Shown: positions 11,101 through 21,853 of the stretch, in pieces | Position numbering within the stretch: position 1 is the stretch's first letter | Layout: each line of letters starts with the position of its first letter | NCBI GenBank assembly: GCA_963707025.1 | Contig: CAVPOM010000005.1 | Coordinates: 352,001-416,000, forward strand | DNA: 64,000 bases | DNA from: an uncultured Verrucomicrobiae bacterium | GTDB lineage: Bacteria > Verrucomicrobiota > Verrucomicrobiia > Limisphaerales > Palsa-1400 | Direction: 5' to 3' | Position numbers and translations under genes: made by a program | The notes under the pieces: model-generated | What the model was told of the DNA's origin: nothing | Seen by the model: the letters and a program-made list of their open reading frames with translations, nothing else | The model's database searches: none

Positions 11101-13428
11101 GTTGTTGATGCCGAAGTCCCAAACCTCCGCCCAGGTGCGCTGCGCGGCCTGGGTCATCCAGCATTCAACCGTTATGGAGGAGTCGCCTTGAATAATGCCG
11201 CTGGGCAGAGACACATAGCCTGACTGTGTGCCACCGGTCGTCCCCGGCAGGATAAGGCCGTTGTTGAAGGAGGCGGCGGTTCCGGTGCCGGGAGGCACCA
11301 GCGTCCCATCCCAAGCGGAGCCCCCGACCGAATCGGAAGCATCGCTGACGAAGCTGTAACGATGCATCAGGGTCTGGGAGGTGACGGTAATGGAGCTGCT
11401 GGTGGCGGTCTGGCCGGCGACTGTGGCGCTGACCGTGGCGCTGCCGACACCAACCCCAGTGATCCAACCGCTGCTGCTCACGGTGAGAACAGCCGGGTTG
11501 CTGCTGATCCAGTTGGTGGCGTCGTCAGTTGCCGGCAGAATGGCTGCGGCTGTTTGGGCGAGCTGCACGGTGACCGCAGCTTGCTGGGTTCCAGTGACAA
11601 CCACCGTGGCGGGGGCCGTGACGGTGATGGAGGTGGGGGTCAGGCTTGTAATATCCACCAGGGCAGTGTAACCGAGCGCCAGGCTGGCAGAGATATACCG
11701 TTGTGGAACAGCGCCGTTCCAAATCCGAAACTCATAGATAGTGCCGCCAAACTGGGGATCATTAAAGCGGTCGTTTCCCAAATAATTTGCGGTTGTCCCG
11801 ACCCCGTTGGCGCTTCCATAGAAGCCAGGACAAAAATTAGTGCCGGGCAAAAGATAGCTGCCATCCAGGACGCCGTTGGTATAAAGTTTGCCTGTCACGG
11901 TGGTATTGTTGTAAGTTACGACGGTGTATGATGTTGTACCATCAGCCTGTATGTAATCAGGCGGATCTATATCCAGCTCTCCGTTGTTTGGGGCGAAAGC
12001 GACTCTCTTCTGAAGAGGCCCCGGGGAGTCTTGGATCAGCGCGAAGTTGGTCGTGGCCGAGCCGCCGGTGATGCCGAAGTCCCAAATCTCCGCCCACGTA
12101 TTTACCGCGGAAGGCTGTGCCCAGCATTCGACCGATATCGAGGAGTCGCCGAGAATAATCCCGTTGGGAAAAGAGAGATAACCTGAATGGACGGTGCCGC
12201 TGGTGGTGGTCGCCCCCGGCAGCGAAAGACCGTTGCCGATGGTGGCGGGGCTAAGTCCGGTGGTGGGCAGCACAAGGGTGCCATTCCAAGCGGCGCCTCC
12301 CACGGAATCGGAAGCATCGCTGATAAAGCTGTAACGATGTTGAAGGACCGGGGTGGTGACGGTGATGGTGCCGCTGGTGGCGGTGACGCCGGCGACCGTG
12401 GCGGTAACCGTGGCGCTGCCGAGGCCGACCGCGCTGATAAATCCGTTGCTATTGACCGTGAGAACGCCCGGGTTGCTGCTGATCCAGTTGGTGGCGTCGA
12501 GGGTTGCCAGCAAATTGGAGGAGCCTGTTTGCGCAAGCTGCACAGTGACTGTGGTTGGTGCCGTTCCAGTGACAGGCACGCTGGCGGGGCCTGTGACGGT
12601 GACGGAGGTGGGAGTCAGGTGCGTAGTATCCACAAGGACACTGGGGCCGAGCACGTTGGCGGCAGAGACATACCGTTGAGGAACGGCGCCGTTCCAGATG
12701 CGCAGTTCGTAGATGGTGCCGGCAAACTGGGGATCACCATACACGTCATTTCCCAGGGTATTATTGGTCGTCCCATTCCCGGAGACAGATCCATAGCTGC
12801 CCGGAGAAAAATTAGTATTGGCGAAGAACGTCGCGCCATCCAGGACTGCGTTGAGAAAAAGATTGCCTCTTAAGATGGAATTGTCGTAGGTTACGGCAAC
12901 GTAAGACGTTACCCCGACCGGCAGGACTCCACCACTCGCCACAATATCCACCTCTCCGTTGTTTGGAGTGAAGGCCGCTCTGATTTGACTCCCGCTGCCG
13001 TTGGGGATGAGCGCGAAGTTGGTCTTGGTCCCGTTGGTGATGCCGAAGTCCCAAATCTCCGTGTTCCGAACAGACGAGGTCGGGTTGACCCAGCATTCAA
13101 CCGTGACGGAGGCGTCACCCAGTACAATCCCTTGGGGCAAAGACAAATAACCCGCAATACCACTGCCGGCAGCCGGATTCCCCGGAAGGATAAGGCCGCT
13201 GCTGATGGTGGCGGCGCCTCCGCTTATGGGCGGTATGATTGTTCCATTCCACGCGGAGCCTCCCACGGAATCGGAGGCATCGGTGGCAAAGCTGTAACGA
13301 TGCGTCAGGGTTTGCGCCGAGAGCAAGCAAGGCAAACCGAGAAAAACCAGAGTCAAGGCAAACAGATGATCGGACGCAAGGCGGGCCAACCCAAGCCGTG
13401 CAAAGGTGGTCTTCATATTTCGTTTCAT
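8117..13428 (-). CDS. Large secreted LamG-like/Ig-like (Big_2) repeat protein, ~1770 aa, one frameshift near 8500
   Basis: Signal peptide; four modules starting 'HRYSFxSDASD' and ending 'YELRIWNGA', each followed by an Ig-like 'TNWxSS..VLTVSxxG' domain; further Ig and LamG domains. ORF 8473..13428 continues in ORF 8117..8485 (..NGA-LGFDGLFYVDG). Confidence 0.85.
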
Positions 13429-13629
13429 ATTTCTTTCTTTCGCTTAGCTACTTTGATTCACCCCGCACTCGGCGGGTGAAACTGGTTTCTTGCGGCTGGA
13501 ACGGTGCGAACCGCCGTACAATGCTGCCGCCAATGCCCTGAGGAGACGCCAAGGACGCCTTGAGGTTGCCAAGGCACCCAACATCTCCGGGCTTTCCAGA
13601 GTTTTATCACGGCGCGGTTGATGTTGTCA

Positions 13630-13649
13630 TGTGGCATGAAATGGCCACA
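13630..13649. promoter_or_regulatory. Palindromic operator, copy 1
   Basis: TGTGGC-ATGAAATG-GCCACA, extended by TGTC...GACA, upstream of the LamG gene. Confidence 0.7.
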
Positions 13650-13850
13650 CGACAGGCCAGGGGAAACGGAGTGTTGGAGCGCTGGAGCGTTGGGAAGGAT
13701 GGTGGCGGGTTTTTCCGGCAAAAAGCCAACTTTCGCTTGAATGGTGAGACAATTTGTCGCACCGTGCTGGTGATGGAAAGTCGAACAGGCATTCCCGCAA
13801 GACACCGTGCAAAGCACGATCAGAAGTCGCAGGCAAGCGACGCAGGGCAA

Positions 13851-13897
13851 TGTGACATGAAATGGCCACTTGGACGCTTCAAACAGTGTGGTATAGT
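13851..13897 (+). promoter_or_regulatory. Operator copy 2 plus -10 box
   Basis: TGTGAC-ATGAAATG-GCCACT (13851-13870), then 21 nt, then TATAGT (13892-13897). Confidence 0.7.
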
Positions 13898-13927
13898 CTT
13901 AGGGGGAGTCCCTGATAGAGGCCGGCT

Positions 13928-16900
13928 ATGAATCACCCATATCGTCCAGTTCGTTTTTCGATATTCGGAGGCGAGTTGGATTGTCTCCGGCTGTTGGGCG
14001 TGCTTTTTATTGGAGCGATGCAGGCTGGCATCGGTGTGGCCCGGGCGGATACCGTCACTGACGTGACGAATATTCAAGCCGGCGGTTACGGAGGGCTTTA
14101 TATTGGCAATCGCGCGCCGTTGGAGCCCAGTCCGCTTGTGCGCCTGCCGCCCGGCAGCATTCAGCCGCAGGGCTGGTTGCTCACGATGCTGCAAAACCAG
14201 AGCAACGGCTTGAACGGTTTGCAGGAAGAGATTTCGCCATTTCTACAGTTCTCCACCAGCGATTGGACCACGCCCAATGGTTCCGGCACGACGCAGGGAT
14301 GGGAACGCGTGCCTTACTGGCTGCGCGGCTACATTGACATGGGTTATTGTCTGAACAGCCCCGCGATCATCAGCAATTCCACCCGGTGGGTCAAGGGGGT
14401 CATGAACTCAGCCCGCACCAATGGATATTTCGGGCCGGCGCAGGATTACGCGGACGCGACGGTCACCTCGGACTTGGGAATAAATGTGCCGGATTTGTGG
14501 CCCAACATGCCGATGCTCGACGCGCTACGGTCCTATTACGAATACACTGGTGATTCCAATGCCCTGACCTTGATGCGGAATTATTGCTCCTGGCAGACAA
14601 ACTTGCCCGCGACCGATTTCGGCGCAGGTTACTGGCCGATGATGCGCATGGGCGACAGCATCAACAGCATTTATTGGTTATATAACCGGCTGGGGGAACC
14701 TTGGATGCTCAATCTTGCCTCCAACATGTATGCCAACATGGCGCGGTGGGACACGCCCAACACCCTGCCCAATTGGCATAACGTGAACATTGCCGAAGGC
14801 TTCCGCGCCCCGACCGTTTACTGGCAGCAATCCGGCGACCCGGCTCAATTCCAATTTGCCGAGTCCAACTACCAGGTGGTCATGGGTCAATATGGCCAGG
14901 TGCCGGGTGGCGGATTCGGCGGGGATGAGAATTGCCGCCCCGCTTATTATGGTCCTCGACAGGCCTTGGAAACGTGTGGGGTGGTGGAGTTCATGCGCAG
15001 CTTTGAAATTCTCACCCGCATCACTGGCAATCCGGTGTGGGCCGAGCGGTGTGAGGACATCGCGGCCAACACCTTCCCGGCGGCGTTGCGGACCAATCTG
15101 CTGTCGCTGCATTACTTGACGGCACCCAATCAGCCTGAAACGGACAACGAAAGCAAATCGCCCGACATCAACAACGGCGGCAACCCCTGGTTCTCCTACA
15201 GCCCCTCCGAGCCTAATTTCTTCTGTTGCGAGCATAATCATGGCATGGGCTGGCCGTATTTCTGTGAGGAAACATGGCTGGCCACTTGGGACAACGGCCT
15301 GTGCGCTTCGCTGTATGCGCCGACCACGGTGCGGGCGCGCGCGGGCGACGGCAGCACCGTGATTGTCAACGAATCCACCGACTACCCGTTCGGCGACACG
15401 GTTCAGTTGACGGTTTCGTTCCCGGTCGCAAACAGTGTGACTTTTCCGCTTTATTTACGCGTGCCGCAGTGGTGTTCCAACAGTTGGATCCAAATCAACG
15501 GGCAGAGCGTCGTGTCCAACAGCACACCCAGTTCTTACGTGTGCATCCTGCGCTCATGGTCCAAGGGCGACGAGGTTGTGTTGCATTTGCCGCGTCAAAT
15601 CACGCTGCGAACCTGGACGGCCAACAACAACTGTGTTTCGGTTAATTACGGTGCGCTGGCCTTCTCCCTGCAAATTGAGGAGAATTGGCAGCCTTACGGC
15701 AACAACCCCGCGCCCTGGACGGAAACCGAAGCCTACCCCGCGACTGCATGGAATTATGGGCTGGTGTTAAACAGCACCAATCCGGCCGCCTCGTTTACGG
15801 TGGTGACCAATCCCGGCACCATGGCGGCGAATCCTTTTACACTGGATGCGGTCCCGATCACTTTGCAGGTCCAGGCACGGCAAATTCCTGCCTGGACGCT
15901 CGACGGCCATTACGCCGTCGGCCCGATTCAACCCAGCCCGGTTTACAGCACACAGCCGGAACAGACAGCTACCTTGGTGCCGATGGGCGCGGCCCGGCTG
16001 CGCATTGCGGCGTTTCCGACCGTCAGCACAAATCCCAGCGCAACTTGGTGGAGCGCGCCGTATTCGCCCAGCGCTTCTTACACGAATTCCACCGACACCG
16101 TTCAGGCCATGAACGACGCCTTGCAGCCCGCCAGTTCCAGCGACACGAGCATTCCGCGCATGACGTGGTGGAATCATCTGGGCACGCTGGAGTGGGCCGA
16201 GGGGAAGTTCACGGGCTTGTGCCAGTTGAGCCAAGTGTCGGTTTATTGGTATGACGACACCGGTTTTGGCCAATGCCGGGTGCCGCAATCGTGGTGGGTG
16301 GAATATCTGGCCGGCACAAACTGGATGGCGGTCTCCGGCGCCAGCGCCTGCGGCGTGGCACGCAATCAATTCAACACGGTGCAATTTACTCCGGTGCAAA
16401 CGACCGCCGTGCGGCTTTACGTCCAACTCCAGAGCGGATTTTCGGGGGGCATTTTGCAATGGCAGGCGCCCGCGCCACCCGTGGTTTCGCTCACCGCGCA
16501 CTATCCCTTGGACGGCAGCCTGGCCGAAACCGCATCGAGTCAATCCGGCATCCTATACGGAGGCGCCTATGTGAGCGACCGGTTTGGCGCGGCCGGCAAA
16601 GCCCTTCAGTTCAACGGTACCAGCAGCGATTACGCGGTCATTCCCCGTCCAAACTGGATGGATTGGACCATCGCCTTCTGGGTCAAGACGACGGCGACCG
16701 GCGGCAGTGGCGGATGGTTTAACGGTCGAGGCCTGGTGGACGGCGAAGTGGCGGGCGTGGCGGATGACTTTGGCACTTCGCTCGTGGGCAACAAGGCGGC
16801 CTTCGGGGTGGGCAATCCGGACACCACCATTACCTCGACGACGGCGATCAACGACGGCCAATGGCATCATGTGGCGGCAACCCGCAGCACGTGGACTGGA

Positions 16901-17607
16901 CAGATGCAACTTTATGTGGACGGCGTCAGGCAGGCGAGTGCGACCGGGCCATTCGGCCCCAAAACCTCGCCGCCAAACCTGCGCCTTGGCAGCATTCAGA
17001 CGGGGGTTGCGGGAGGTTTCTTTTCCGGCGCGCTGGACGACGTGCAAATTTTTAACCGCGTCCTGTCGGCGCCGGAAATCACCGTGGTGATGAATGGATC
17101 CCTGACGATAAGTCCAATTGCCAGCACCGATCTGATCGCCGGGCAAACGTTGATGGTGAGCAATTCGGCAGTGGATCCTTATGCGCCGCCTGCGACGCTC
17201 ACTTGGAGCCTGCTGGAAGCTCCCACCGGCGCCGCCCTGGCTCCCGGCAGCGGGATGCTGACGTGGCGGCCGACGATTGGCCAATCGTCCACGACCAATT
17301 TGTTCTCCGTTTTCGTCAGCGATAATGGTTCTCCCAGCCTGAGTGCCACGGGGAATTTTCTGGTGAACGTCAGCCGCCGGCTCCTCCGCAAATAAGTTCT
17401 CCGTCCTGCGATGGCGGTTTGCTTCAATTCAACATCACCGGGGACGCGGGGCCGGACTACATTATCCAAACTTCGACCAACTTGAGCGTCGCAAACGGCT
17501 GGCAACCGGTGTTTTCCAACGGCTCGCCCGCGTTGCCCTTTATCTTCACCTGTTCGATTTCATCAAACTTCAACCAGCAGTTTTATCGCGTTCGCTTGGG
17601 GCCATGA
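13928..17607 (+). CDS. Multimodular GH127/GH146 beta-L-arabinofuranosidase-like enzyme (F5/8-like, LamG, cadherin-like and C-terminal domains), frameshift near 17380
   Basis: GWERVPYWLRG, HNVN, GGDE, ETC and FCCEHN (the Cys/Glu Zn site of the family). Restoring one base gives ..SRPAPPQISS..LQFNITG, joining ORF 17419..17607. Confidence 0.85.
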
Positions 17608-17649
17608 GAAGTTTTAATGGTGCCCACAACCGGCGCCGATTCCATTTCC

Positions 17650-17697
17650 TGTGGCCTTTTCATGCCACAGGACAATGGGACGTGATGGCTGTATCAT
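17650..17697 (+). promoter_or_regulatory. Operator copy 3 plus -10 box
   Basis: TGTGGC-CTTTTCAT-GCCACA (17650-17669), then 22 nt, then TATCAT (17692-17697). Confidence 0.7.
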
Positions 17698-17727
17698 AAA
17701 GCACATGATTACCCAAGGAGGCCTGAT

Positions 17728-20700
17728 ACGAACCTCGCTCAGCTAACAGGGCTGAGGGCGTTTTGCCTCTGCGCGACCGCATTCGCGGTCAGCGCCAAGG
17801 GCGGCCCTTGGCAAATGAAATCCGCCCCGTTGATGACACCTTGGGCCAGCCTGGTGGACACCAATGATCCCCTGCCCGAGTATCCGCGTCCGCAGATGGT
17901 CCGCAGCAATTGGTTAAGCCTTAATGGCATCTGGCAGTTTCAGCCGGGCCTGACCAACAACGACCCGGTTCCGACCAACCAAACCCTGGCCTCCAGCATC
18001 CTGGTGCCGTTTCCGATGGAATCGGCCCTGTCGGGCGTCATGCAGGTACCACGCCTGGTCGTGGCATCGGCGGACCTTCACCGTCCCAAGCGCCTGGAGC
18101 GGCCAGCGCGTCATTCTGCATTTGGACGCAGTGGATTGGCAGGCGCAAGTCTTCGTCAATGGCCAAAGCTTCGGCACCCACAAGGGCGGTTACGACCCTT
18201 TCAGCTATGACATTACCACTGCGTTGACCGGCAGCGGCCCGCAGGAATTGATTGTGCAGGTTTATAATCCGGTGGACAACGGCAGCCAGCCGCGCGGCAA
18301 GCAAACCCTTTATCCGGGCGGGATCATGTACACCTCCTCCACCGGCCTGTGGCAGCCGGTTTGGCTGGAACCGGTGGACGCTTCCGGCGCGCAGAATCTG
18401 GTGATCATTCCTGACATTGACAATTCCCGCCTTCGCCTGACTGTCAATACCTATGCGGCCAGCGGGGTGGCCGTGAACGCAACGGCGCTGGACGGCACGA
18501 CCGCGGTCGGCACCGCCAGCGGCGCCGCCGGCACGGAATTGGACCTGGCCATTCCGAATCCCAAGCTGTGGTCGCCCGACAATCCGTTTCTCTACGGCCT
18601 CCAAATTACCCTGACCCACAACGGCGCCACCAACGACAAGGTGACCAGTTACTTTGGCATGCGAAAAATCTCCACCAACCTGGTCGCCGGCGTGCCGCGG
18701 ATCTTTCTCAACAACCACTTGCTTTTTGGCATGGGTCCTTTGGACCAGGGCTTCTGGCCGGACGGGATTTACACCGCGCCAACCGACGACGCCCTCAAAT
18801 ACGACTTGCAACAGGAGAAGGCGCTGGGTTTCAACCTGGTGCGCAAGCACATCAAGGTGGAGCGGCCACGCTGGTACTATTGGGCCGACGCTCTGGGCGT
18901 CCTGGTTTGGCAGGACATGCCAAGCTGCAACTCCTATACCGGCAATCCATCGCCGCCGGCGGTGGACCCGGTTCAATTTCAAACCGAGTTGGCCGCCCTG
19001 GTGCAAAACCACTGGAACAGCCCGGCCATCATCATGTGGGATCTCTTTAACGAGGGCCAGGGGGAAGCCGGCAGCGGCAACGGAGTCGGGCAGGCCAGCA
19101 CCGCGTCCCTGGTTCAACTGGTCAAAACGCTGGACCCTTCGCGCCTGGTCAACCAGGCCAGCGGCGGCAGCTACTTTGGCGTGGGTGATGTCCTGGACAA
19201 CCATAGTTATCCCGCGCCAGGCGATCCGGCCAGCACGACGCAGGCCCCGGTGGACGGAGAATTTGGCGGCATCGGCTTTCCAGTGGCCGGTCATTTGTGG
19301 AATCCCGCCTTGGCTGGCGGCAGCTACATTGGAGCGACGAGCACGGCGGACATCGCGCCCATTTATGATTCCTTTATTGACAGCCTTCTCGCTTATAAAT
19401 CTGGCGGCTTGAACGCGGCCGTCTATACGCAAATCACCGACGTCGAAAACGAGTGCAATGGTTTGATGACTTACGACCGCGTTCTCAAGCCCGATCCCAC
19501 CCGGATAACCGTCTCCAACCAGAAAGCCATTTCGGGGCAGGCCAACCTTTCGACCGTGGTGCCCACGTCTCAAACGGTCCCGCAGACCTGGCAATACACC
19601 ATCAACACCAATACCGCGTCCACCAATTGGTATGCCACCGATTTCAATGACTCCTCGTGGAGCACCGGCTTGGCCGGCTTCGGGACGGACGATCCGGGCG
19701 TGACGCCCAACACAGCGTGGAACACGCCCGGTTATATCTGGCTCAGGCGCACGTTTAATCCGGGCAACCTTGGCAACCAGCAGATCAGCAACCTGGTCTT
19801 CTCCGTCTATCACGACGAGGACGTGGTCATCTATATCAACGGCGTGCTGGCCGGCCAGGATTCCGGTTACACGACCTCTTACATAACCCTGGCCATGACC
19901 CCGCAGGCAAAGGCCGCGATTATTCCCAACGGCGCCAATGTTATGGCCGTTTCCTGCCACCAGACCACAGGCGGGCAGTTCATTGATGTCGGCCTCAGTG
20001 CCGACATCATCACGGCCAATACCTTGACGGTGCCGTCGGATTACGCTGGCTGCTGGCACCTGGACGAAACCAACGGAACCGTGGCATCGGATTCGTCCGG
20101 GAATGGAAACAACGGAACGGTCAACGGGGCGGCCTGGAACCCGCAAGGCAAGGTCAACGGGTGTCTGAGCTTTAATGGAGTCAACAATTATGTCCAGGTC
20201 AATCGCGATGTCAGCAATGATTTCACCATCGCCTTTTGGGTGAAAACGACCTCGGTCGGCGGCCTGGGAACATGGCGCGACGGGGAGGGCCTGGTTGACG
20301 GAAGCGCGGGCGCGGCTGCCACCGATTTTGGCACGGGGCTGGTCGCCAACCTCTTTGCCTTTGGAACCGGAAATCCCGGCACGAGTCTGCTCTCCAGCAC
20401 ACCGATCAATGATGGGTCGTGGCATCACTGCGTCGGGACACGGGTCCAGTCCTCGGGCGCGCTGCAACTCTATGTGGACGGTAACCTGGAAGCGAACGGC
20501 GTCGGCACGACCGGTTCGCTGGCGCCCTCCCCTTATCTGCGGTTCGGCTCCCTGCAATCGGGCGGAGGATTCTTCCAAGGCAGCCTGGACGAAATCAAGA
20601 TTTACAACCGCGTCCTGGGCGATTTGGAAATCGCCGCCTTGTACGACGACAGCGCCTCTGCGCCCGCCGCGCCGACCAATCTAACGGTCGCCGCGGGCAA

Positions 20701-21823
20701 CGCCCAGGCGACGTTGAATTGGTGGGAGGCGCCCGCCGTCACGAGTTACAACGTAGGCCGGTCCGTCTCTCGCGGCGGCCCCTTCACTCTGATCGCCAAC
20801 GTGAGTGCGCCCGGCTACACGGACACCAGCGTCGTCAACGGCACGACTTATTACTACGTCGTTTCATCTGTGAATTCCGCCGGTTCCGGTCCCAACTCCA
20901 GCCCAGTCAGCGCGTTGCCTTCCAACCTGGGGGCCTGGTTCACCGCGGATGTCATCACCGGACTGGCCAACGGCGCCAGTGTGTCCAATTGGACGGATTT
21001 GAGCGGTCATGGGAATAATGCGACCCAGACGGTGAGCGGCAAGCAGCCCTCCTATGTGGTCAACGCGATGAATGGCCTGCCAGTGGTGCGGTTTAACTCT
21101 GCCAACAGCAGCTATTTGTCGTTCAATCGTCCGGTGCAGGATGATTTTACGATGTTCATCGTCTATCAGAGCACTCAAACGAACCAGGGCACAGGCACGG
21201 CATTCTACCGGGGGGCCGGGCTGGTCAATGGTGATCAGCCGGGGGTGCAGAATGACTTTGGCGTCCAACTCAATGCCGATGGGCAGGTCACGGCGGGGAC
21301 AGGCAATCCGGACACGTCCATCAGTTCGGGCGCCGGGTTTAATGACGGCAAGCCGCATGTAGTGACCTTCGAGCGGACCGAGAATACCGGTGCCCTGGTG
21401 TTGTACGTGGATGGTGCAGAGGCGGCGGCGGGGACGGCCGGCGCCCAATCGCTGACAGCGCCGCCAACCTTGGACTTGGGGGCGGTGCCCAGCGGCGGAG
21501 GATTTCTGAGCGGCGACATCGCCGAGGTGCGGGTTTACAATGGCGCCCTGTCAACCTCCTCCAGGCAATCGCTGGAAACGGCCCTGTTCGTCAAGTATAT
21601 GGGTCTTGTGCCGCCGTCTTTGCGCGTGGCCGCGGGGCAGAGCAACGGCATCACCTTCACTTGGTCCGCGATTCCAGGCTTCAATCTTTACCGCGCCACC
21701 AGCCTGGCGCCGCCCATCGCCTGGTCCCTCGTCACCAACACACCCGCCAGCGTCAACGGAACCAACACCCTCACTCTCAGCCCCGCCGGCGCCGCCTGTT
21801 TCTTCGCATTGATTGACCAATGA
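17728..21823 (+). CDS. Multimodular GH2 (jelly-roll module, LamG, FN3, LamG, C-terminal domain), frameshift near 18046, start uncertain
   Basis: ORF 17815.. (PEYPRPQ, VPFPMESALSGV) joins ORF 18122..21823 (AVDW, QPRGKQ, LDQGFWPDG, RKHIK, LFNEG) if one extra G is removed after ATGCAG. Confidence 0.85.
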
Positions 21824-21853
21824 TCCTGTGCAAGGATACCGCGAACCTAATTT

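Noticed and set aside
8473..13428. Nucleotide repeats as a CRISPR array or mobile repeat
   Set aside because: They are degenerate, in frame, and correspond to protein domain repeats. No cas genes are present.
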